Source: Octopus vulgaris (lineage: Eukaryota). From it: a stretch of DNA of 64,000 bases. The position numbers and the translations under genes are program-made. Each line of letters starts with the position of its first letter. The first letter of the stretch is position 1. The notes below the pieces were generated by a model. The model was given only the letters and a program-made list of their open reading frames with translations. It was not told where the DNA came from and made no database searches. Of the stretch, positions 54,527 to 64,000 are shown piece by piece. Location of the stretch: assembly GCA_951406725.2 (NCBI GenBank), contig OX597820.1, positions 52,576,001 to 52,640,000 on the forward strand, read 5' to 3'.

Positions 54527-56484
54527 AACATGAATAAATTAGAATGAGGTTAGGCAAGATTTCGGCAGATTATCGACTGCACTAACTGATGCTATTTAAA
54601 AAATGGGAATAAAATCGAAAACTAGACGCATGGTGAACTAACTGTCTGCAAAGGCACACTTAGTTTATAAATAAATGAGAAATAAGTTTTGTTTATTCAG
54701 ACTAAGAAGAATAACATTGAAATATTAAATGTGGGGGAAAAAATAATATAAATTCGTAAATATTTGGAGCACTAGAGTATTATTAAGGTTCAACCGTTTG
54801 AGAAAGAAACTCTACTAAATTCGTACTTAAATACTTAACTGTAAAAGTATTAAATGTAATACTTATATAAACAACATCATGGTTTTTAGGATTGTGTCAA
54901 ATCAATTATGTTTGTGTGCAAACTGCAAGTTGTTACTAAGACTATTTACATGCGTACCGAAACAAAAGTCTTATATAATCAAAGTAGTATAAAAAAAAAT
55001 TATATATAAGATTTTCAGAAAATGCGTCGAAATGTTGTCATTGGAAGGAACATAAGAATGAACACATAAATATAGGCATTATAAAGAAAATAATGTGAAT
55101 TAAACAAAGTCAAACAAAGAAAGGAATATTAAGTGTGTGCAAATCTTAAAATAACGTTATCTCATACGGGATTGGGTCGTATCAGAAATACATATGTGAA
55201 TAAACTACATGTTGTTATTGAGACCTATTTGAAATATGTTAAATCCATCGTGTTATCTAATCAAAATATTTGCAAATCTTAACATAACAATATCTTTTAC
55301 GGGGGTGTGTTATACCAATAATATGTACGTTTGTAAACTAGATTTTGTTACTGAAAGGAATTTCGTATATGTTGAAACAAAGGTATTAACTAATTAACAT
55401 TATATAAACACGATATCAAATTAAATTGAATGAAAGTGGATACACCGGATTATAACAAAGGATATGAAATGTTATGAAGGATTGAAATATGCAGAGATAA
55501 AGAGAGTAAGTGTAAATTATAAAAGGGAAGCTTTGAATGAGTTAGTGTACAAGATTTGTATATAATTTGGTGGTGTTGTTGTGTATGAGAAATTGTAATC
55601 GGGTCAATCAGAGGTGGGAAAGACAGCAATAAATTTCATTTCGTTGATACAAATTCAATAAGTTTAACAAATTGGTTATTTAATAAGAATTTTTTCGTTA
55701 TACGTTTAATAATTGAATATAAATAATGACTGCGAAATAATAATTAAGTTTATGCTTAAATAAATAAATTTATTAAAAGATGTAACTTTACTAGAAAGTT
55801 CATCAAGAGTTTATTTGTCGCTAATGTATACATCAGTCAGTGGATTATTAGATAATGGGAACATAGTAATCTATTGAAACCAATATTTGTTAGTGTAAGT
55901 AGACATATAGTTAGTGAATTTAAATTAAAGGTGGTTTCTATCTAGGTAATAATTATAAAATAATAATAGATTGGAAAGTTTAGATGAAATGTGCTAATAA
56001 TGTCAACAAATGTTTGAGTGTGTCTGCAATAAATTTATTTATTGTTAGAAATGTAATTGATTTGAAATGTTATAATATCCTAAAACCCATGTTTCTGCAA
56101 CATAAGACTAATTTGGTATGCTGTTCAATGAGGTGCAATCTAAGGTGGGGAATTTCAACGACTTCTGAGGCAGGAAGGTAATAAAGTTTATATTTTACTG
56201 AAGGATTTTGCTTATTGGAGAATTTTGTATTGCATAATAAAAGATATGCTGGAGGACTTCGACTTCCAAATATGGTTCGATAATGATGTATCAGCATTCC
56301 TGATAAAACGTCTGGAAGTGTGTTAATTTGTGTATGAGCCTGCATACGAGCGCGCGTGTGGAAAACATTGTTTTTTCTTTTTAATCAATTAGTATTAAAG
56401 ATATATTCGAAACCGAGGGCAAATTATAGTCGACCTTGGTACGAAAAACTAATTGTTACCCTTACAGTTTCTGTGATATTGGTT

Positions 56485-56930
56485 TCAATTATTGGCACGA
56501 GGCCACCAATTTCGGTTGAGGTCTAAGTCGATTACATCGCTCAACTGAAACTTATTATATTGCCCCCGAAATGGATGAAAGGCAACACCAACCTCATAGG
56601 AATTTGATCTCAGAACGTAAAGACGGACGAAATACCGCTAAGAAGTTTACTCAACGTGTAAACGAATTGGCCAGCTCACTGCTTTTGCAATTTCCGTGGT
56701 ATTGATTTCAAATTTTGACACAAGGCCAGCAATTTTTGGTGATGGGATAATAAATCGGTTATATCGACCTCCAACCCATCCCAATGCTCAACTGATACCT
56801 ATTTTATTGACCCCAGAAGGATGAAAGGCAAAGTCGACCTCCATAGAATTTGAGCTTAGAACGTAAAGACGGATGAAATACCGCTAAGCATGTAGTCCGA
56901 CATGCTAGCGATTCTGCCAGCTCACCGCCT
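56485..56930 (-). mobile_element. Two tandem SINE family A copies (56485-56690, 56700-56930)
   Basis: Each has ggatgaaaggcaa..cagaacgtaaagacgga.gaaataccgctaag..gccagctcac. Confidence 0.88.
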
Positions 56931-57507
56931 TAAAAATTTCTTTGATACTAATATATTAACATTCATTTATGTTATGCGTTGCAGTGCTGAATTTTTAGAT
57001 TCAAGTGAGCAAGAGAACTGTAATATTTGTGAAAATTTGCTTGCAGTCAGATGTACTAAAGTGGTTCGTACAGATATGCTTCAGTAGCTGTGTGAAAAAC
57101 TTAAGTTCATGGATTGATATTGTAAATAAAAGCATCGATGATACCATTTTATATGTCCTCTTCTACACTTAATAGATTTTAACTTACTTTTTAGTTATAC
57201 TGTGCATTTCCTGTTTTTGATGGCCACACCAGTTTGATAAGCAAATAGCTGTCTTGCTGAAAATCTATTCTTTTCAAGACGATGTATAAAGCATAGTGAA
57301 TGGAGTTTATACCAAAAACTTAATGGCGCTATTCGGATGATTAGATAATTTATGCAACTAATGGATCTATCAGTTTGCTTAAAGATTTTGCGTATTGAGT
57401 ATTCTTTAAATCAAATTGAACATCATAAGAGTTAACAACTTTTAAATGTGCAAATGAGCAATGTATTCGAGGAAACTGTATGTATGATTGTATGTATGTA
57501 TGTAAAC

Positions 57508-57822
57508 AGGCATTCCGTCGGTTACAACGACGAGCATTCCAGTTGATCCGATCAACAGAACAGTATGCTTGTGAAATTAACGTGCAAGTGGTTGAGCACT
57601 CTGCAGACACGCGAACCCTTGCAGTCGTTCTCAGGGAGATTCAGCGTGACACAAAATGTTACAAAGCCGGCCCTTTGAATTATTGGTACAACTCATTTTG
57701 CTATCTGAGTAGAATGCAGCAATATGAAATTAATTGTCTTGCTCAAGAAATCAATACTCCGCCGGGAATCGAACTCACGACCTTACGACTGCGAGCCGAA
57801 CACCCTAACCACTAAGCCAAAT
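57508..57822 (-). mobile_element. SINE related to family C (shared 3' half, different middle)
   Basis: ccgtcggttacaacgacgag..ccagttgatccgatcaac..aaattaacgtg matches the complement of the 14800-14931 end. tRNA-like head gggaatcgaactcacgacc..ccctaaccactaagcc. Confidence 0.85.
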
Positions 57823-58899
57823 GTATATATGTATGTATATGAACGCAGACATGGTCGACTGCTTTAAGAAGTGCCCTTCGCTATCAAGAGTTTCTGTGTT
57901 GGAATCAACCCTTAATCATAATGAGTGAAGACAGATAAGCTGAAACTGTCCAAATGTCCTTGCAATGGGCTGTAACTGCAAATCAAAGAGCTAATTTCAT
58001 ACATCTTGGCATATTTATTTTTTTTTTTGAGTATGAGAGTATTCCGTAGACAGAGTGATATATGTTTCAAAGAACGAACTGTTTTCTTCATCGATCACTT
58101 GGAGCAGACATCGCTCAATCCGACTGAGATCAAAAGATTCTCATTTACACTCATGTACATACGTATATGAATGGAAATGAGTAATGGATAGCAACTAACG
58201 GAAATTAATTTTGAACTTGAGCTAAAAAAAAAAATCATTTATGACAATATCTCGGAAATTTTAATAATATCCAATAGCAATAATCTAGTTTATTAATTAT
58301 ATTTTTACAATTTCCGCTGGTTTCCCGCTGTATCGTTTTCGTGTTGTTTTTAATGTCACATAAAACTGCTTTGGTGATATATTTCGTCTCTGACAACGTA
58401 TCTTCACGAAAGCAATGATTATCATGCTAGAAGTTTGAAACTATATATAAACCACATATATCTGCATGTGTTCATTGTTACTTTTAATTAGTACGATGTA
58501 ATAATGACGCATGCTATAAAGGGAAGCAGAGATTATCGGCATAGTGGATTGCACCTGGTACTAAACCTAGAAGGTTTAGTTCCGATACTTTACATTCTAA
58601 GTTCAAATTTTCCACCCGGTTTAAATCGAACCATCCGGTGTTTGGATGACATTAGTGGAATCCATAACGTTGCAAGCAATCAAGACGTCCGGCTTGGATC
58701 GTGTACTATATGTGTTTTATGATTATATTCCACACTTATTTGGTGACCTCTTGGTAAACGTCTATCGCAAATAGCAGTAGAATGTAATAAATTCCTACAT
58801 CTGTGAGCTGGGGGGGGGGGAGCTGGTTAACGTTGCTAAATATTAACGCCAACAAAGGGATGTTATTGATTATTTCCGGTTCATAACACTGCTAAATGC

Positions 58900-59520
58900 A
58901 ACGTTTGGGATTTTGGCCACGGCGTTGGCCAAGGTTGGAGCTTGTGGTTTGGTCAGGGAAGCGCATACGATTGCCATCCGCACTAGATCCGTTTACGTCT
59001 ACTTCCACTTCCTGAGATACATCATAGAAGTGAATAACAAATCTGGCGTTGGTAGAGGTTATGATTAATTTGGATCAGTAGAAAGATGTTAATATGGTCA
59101 ACAATCGCAGCTGGGCAGCAATCCTTAACCCAACCGGTTTCGGGCTCAATTTCAGTGGCCGGATCACAACAACGGACAGTGGCAAAGATGACCTTTCGGA
59201 AGCAGTTTAATATCCGGCGCTCTACCTATTATCTTTGTGTGGTGGCTGAGACAAAAGATGTCATGAGTGGCGATGCATAAAGGAATGATGACATACACTT
59301 TCCTCTTCGGTCAGACCCTCATCGAGTTTTTCAAGTACCTCTTTGAAAGAAGAGTTAGAATGGGAGGAGCGCTTTCCAAGAGAATTTTGTCCGAAGATGG
59401 TGACTGGCAAAAATGATAAGGCTGAATGGATCTACTCTAAATATGCAGCTGTAGTTTGGAGAATGACTCGTACGCGATGATATGTGCCCAAGGGGTTTAG
59501 GTTCAACTTTGATCTGTGAG
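58900..59520 (+). mobile_element. L1/Tx1-type ORF2 C-terminal fragment, heavily decayed
   Basis: LCVVAETKDV.. and TFLFGQTLIEFFKYLFERRVRM resemble Tx1-type C-termini as recalled. Not confirmed by a search. Confidence 0.4.
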
Positions 59521-59989
59521 GCCTCTTTATCAGTATAACTATTTTATACATATATTCAGGTATTTTGTGTACTATATATACTTTTTATTTCATTTCCCTC
59601 TCTACTCACGTATCCTGACCTTTCTTATGTACAGCTCAGCACAATTAACAAATTGTCCTTGTAATGTTCTGGCTCTTCACATTCTGATTTCAAATACAGC
59701 CGGGTCAAGTTTGCACTTCATCCTTTCGGGTTGAAATACACAGTCTATTGTGCACATGAGTTCATGGAATCGATTGATCCATACCTGTTTCAAACCGTTG
59801 CTCTAGTGCTTTTAAATGATCATAGTCGTCGTCATCATCATCATTGTTTTGGTTTTGGCCTAGCGCTACCGAAATGCCAACCAGAGATGTCAAGGAAAAA
59901 GATTCTATATCTAAAGATGTTATCAGGTGAAGTGCCATGCAATCGAAAAATAACTGATATATGTGTTTAAAAAAATTCACTAATCGAGG

Positions 59990-62285
59990 ATGATTGCAAT
60001 TACATAAAGGTGAATTTACGAAAGATATATGTTGTACATATGAGCATGATCTTTTGCAGTTGTTTCATCTTGAAGATGTCAGGAATTTGGTCTACATATT
60101 TGTTTGCACCCTTTGATATCATTCCAAGTACCCCAATAACAACGGGTGATGTGGGTGCTTTGAGATGACACATTCTTCTGATTTCTATCCCTACCACTTA
60201 CTTTGCCCAATCTCAAAAATGTTTTTGATTGCAACATTAATCAAAAAGCAAATATTTTAAAATGATTTTTCACATTAATGTCCCGTCGATTAGCCTACTT
60301 TTCCTGGTCAGTCTCAACTCTGGAAATCTGAAGGATTATAACTTCAGCTTTCTAGACAACTTGAGGTGTTCCATGCCCTCCCCCACACCAGTTATCATTG
60401 TGAGGGAGGTTGTATGTGCAGCATATTAGCCTGTATACGTATTGAGCTGCTCTGATATGTCTTAGCTTGTACACTGATGATGCCAGTCTTCTGCACTAAG
60501 ACAATATGTGGTTGACTGTGTTTCGAACCTGATTTCAGCTGCCGGATCACAGCAAGGTGGTACACTGGTCTGCTTTAACGTTTCAGAATATTAATTATTC
60601 TGGTAATTCCTAGTTGGAAGTCACGAATCCTGAGCATCAATAATATACTCCTCTGTTTCAGGATTGGGATCAGAGCTTGACAGTCAATGTTGGATAAGTG
60701 TTTGGTGAACATCAGAGCACTTTACTCCACTCGGGTATTACTACGGAGTGGTTTTTGCTCCCATTCCTCCTTAGTATTTGGGAGGATGGTTTGTTTGGCT
60801 ATATTTTCATTTATTTTGCCTTGAAATTTAGGTGCACAATCTCTTCGGGTACTGGTTCATCAAGGTACGTTTTTCGAAAGTATACTTTTGTTTTTCTTCA
60901 ATGAGTGCAACATTTCGGTATGTTCATCCTTAATATCCAGTCATTCACTTTTTGCAAGTACGCGGAAAGTCCCACGCTTGCAACTTTCAATGAGATTTGA
61001 GATTGTATTAACTTCTGACAGCCTTCTTTCTCCGGAAGTTATAATTGGTCTATGTCAGCTTTTGAGTGATACATACGATGAATTTTCGCGTTTTCGCATT
61101 TTGATAAAAACATTGTTGATGTCAGAGATGGACCACTTTATAAAATTGAACCTGTATGTCATTACAGGTATGACTAACGTGTTTTGGGCTTCAATTTTGT
61201 TTCCGGCAATCAACTCCATTTTCAGAATAGCACTTACTCTAAGACAGGACTTATTTTGTATCTGCTGTCTCATCGGTGAATATTTAATTCTATCTCCTTC
61301 ACAGACTCCTTGATACTAATAACTTCTCTAATGACCTAATTCTTCTATTGCGGTAATTCTTTAGGGTGGTTTTGCATGTGTTTGATAGTTTCTCCTTCAC
61401 AAATATAGAATTAGCGCATTTGTCAAGCTCAAATACTATTTTAATGTCATCACTGAATTATTCAACTATGTGAAGAAGTGCTTACATTCACTGATCATTT
61501 TCACAAACAGCTTCAAGTCGTCCATACAGAGAAGTTGTTTGATTGTTTTTCCATACATCTTGTATACGTTTGTTTCATGCAGAAGTTTATGTCAGGGAAA
61601 TAGTACACAACAAAATAACAAAGGAGATAATACGACTCCTTAGAATATTCCACAATTAATATTCACTTTTTCAGAGTTTATGATTGTTGTGTACATATTG
61701 AGAATTAATTTCGTTTTCCAGAGCTTCATGACACGTGATAAAAAAAAAGATTCTTGATTATTCGTGAAAATTTGAATGCCTCTAGGCATTCCTTTATACA
61801 GCTATAAGGAAGACTATCAAAGGACTTCTTGTAGTCTATCCAGGCCATTGGAATGGTTTTATCATTATTGTTGTTGTTGTTACTATTCTGAAATCTGACA
61901 TACGTGACTTGTTGCTGGAGATGTCATTAACGCACCAGCTGTTCATTTCTCCTAATCTAAAGGGGTACTTTCTTTTTAAGTCTCTAGAACTTTACTGAGT
62001 CTCCTTGCGCTGCCAAGTAATGCTGTTTTCTGAGTATGCTCTGTCTTTATTTTTTCCTTGTCATTTCCAGCCACTTATTATTTATTTTTTGCTTTCTGTA
62101 CCTCGAGCACTTTTTTACATTGACCACAGCTTTTTGATTTCTATCATCAGAGCTTTATATCATGTCAGATGTTTATTTTCCCACCTCTTTTTTCATGATT
62201 CCAATTCACTTCTTTTTAGGTTTTGTTCTTATCCGAGCTCATTTCTCTTAGATCACTCACTGCTCCTTAAAAACTGGTAACTATT
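59990..62285 (-). mobile_element. Dong/R4-type LINE, 5'-truncated and decayed (RT plus RLE)
   Basis: MAWID.KKS, KQLLCMDDLKLF, RVSAILKMELIAGNKIEA.NTLVIPVMTY, ETEEYIIDAQD and EIRRMCHLKAPTSPVVIGVLGMISKG..LQKIML. Confidence 0.9.
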
Positions 62286-62305
62286 ATGCACATTACATGT
62301 ATAGT

Positions 62306-62593
62306 GAAGGCACATGGCCTAGTGGTTAGAGCAGTGGACTCGCGGTCGAGGGATCACGAGTTCGAATATCAGACTGGGCGATGTGTTTATCCACGCGGCT
62401 CCGGCAGAAGGTAATGGCGAACTTCTGCTGACTCTTTCGCCACAACTGTCTCTCACTCTTTCCTCCTGCATCTTGCAGCTCACCTGCGACGGACCGGCGT
62501 CCCGTCCAGGTCGGGAATCTATACGCCAAGGAAACCGGGAAACCAGCCCTTATGAGCCAGGCGTGGCTCGAGAAGAAGCTAAAACAAAACAAA
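62306..62593 (+). mobile_element. SINE family D, full length with TSD
   Basis: A-box TGGCCTAGTGG and B-box GTTCGAATA. TSD cattacatgtat at 62291-62302 and 62594-62605. Confidence 0.92.
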
Positions 62594-63180
62594 CATTACA
62601 TGTATGCACCAGCCAAAAATAATTCATTTTATGTCCATTTTCTCTCAGATAATCTTATTATTTAAACACACACAGTACTCGCGCGCGCACACGCACACAT
62701 GTTGTTCATTAACAACATGAGGAAGAAATGTAAGTACCAACAACAAAGATTTGTTTAGTAAAAGTTTAATAGTACCAAATATAGTACAATGTTTAGGTAC
62801 CGCAGATTTATTTGCCACGGAGTAAATCCGGAGTAAAGAACCAACTAGTAATAGTTGGATTATTAAACAAACAAAAAAATTCATTAAAAAAAAAAAGGAT
62901 ATTAAAAACATTATTAACAACAAATAATATTACTGATATATTGCTTGGTGGTTTTTCGTGTTGTCGAAAATTTATGACGAAATGTTACCGACAGGGTAGG
63001 TTAAAATGCCTTGCTGTATACAGTTTTGCAATTCTAACGTTGTGAGGGTTAACCCTCTAACGTAGACTTTACATCTCATCATTGTGGGATCCACAAAATA
63101 AATACCAATCGAGTACAATGTTGCTTTAACTGAATGTTCTCCCACTCCAAAATTTATAGCCCTGTTCCTACGTTAGAAAC

Positions 63181-63181
63181 A

Positions 63182-63244
<63 letters not shown>

Positions 63245-63462
63245 GTTGTCATTGTTGATATTGCGATGGACTGGCAAAATAGAGTGTCGGATAAAGTATT
63301 CAGCGAGATATAACTGCGATATTTCTGCTCTGACCACAAATCCGTACGAGGCCAATTTTTTCCTTTTCCTTTCAACGTCCAAGTATTGATATGATATAAT
63401 ACTAGTGAACCACTAGATTAGATTTAACGGGTTGTATCATCTTCCCCAAAGTTTCTGAGCTG

Positions 63463-63509
<47 letters not shown>

Positions 63510-63510
63510 C
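63181..63510. repeat. Two (ATT)n tracts (63181-63243, 63464-63510)
   Basis: Direct reading. Confidence 0.95.
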
Positions 63511-64000
63511 AATATCATTACTGTTTTTCCCAGTTGTTGAATTTAATGTATTTACTAAGCTATATGTGTGTATGTGCGCATGTGTGCGAATATTTTTTGG
63601 TAAGTAAGTAGGTTGGTAAATAGGTGGATCAGTAAGAAGTGTTATGTAAGTAGGTAGGAATGTTGGTAAGCAAAGATGCAGGTAGGAAGATACTTTCTCT
63701 AGTGAAGTTTCAAAGCCATGACTAGATAAAGAAAATGGCTGTCCACCAGCGTGGGCATACCGAGCTTAAAGATCCCAAACAAGTATCGCAAAGCATGACG
63801 GTTAAAGATCTAAAAGATATTCGAATTCGTCTCGTTAATCTGTTACTTTAAAAAGTTACGAGGAATGAAAGACAATGATGACCTGCTCGAGATTTGATCT
63901 CAGAATACAAAGCACCGAAACTTGCATCGCAATGCTTTTTTGCCTGACACTCAAGCAATTGTACCAGTCCAATACACACACACACACATATATATATATA

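Overview
AT-rich, repeat-saturated eukaryotic genomic DNA, most consistent with octopus (coleoid cephalopod). That species call is from recall of octopus tRNA-derived SINE families and long TA/CA/TACA/TAG microsatellites, not from a search. No host protein-coding gene can be assembled. Nearly all ORFs in the supplied track are microsatellite read-through or decayed transposon frames. Supported content: about 20 SINE copies from four related families; decayed LINEs (two Dong/R4-type, one RTE, one CR1-type, two L1/Tx1-type fragments); a decayed piggyBac transposase lying between two collinear halves of a Dong/R4 LINE; mariner-, Tigger- and Helentron-type non-autonomous elements; and two families of small non-coding elements tied to (TA)n tracts. 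The most interesting items are those two TA-linked families. One carries a minimal type I hammerhead-ribozyme fold with the same non-canonical core in both copies (18404-18441 +, 37140-37177 -). The other is a ~1.1 kb ORF-less element with direct terminal repeats, identical over 307 bp in the young copy (29691-30774). The window also has several long fold-back structures (93-bp palindrome, 130-bp and 95-bp inverted arms, an inverted duplication inside a LINE). All comparisons were made by eye.
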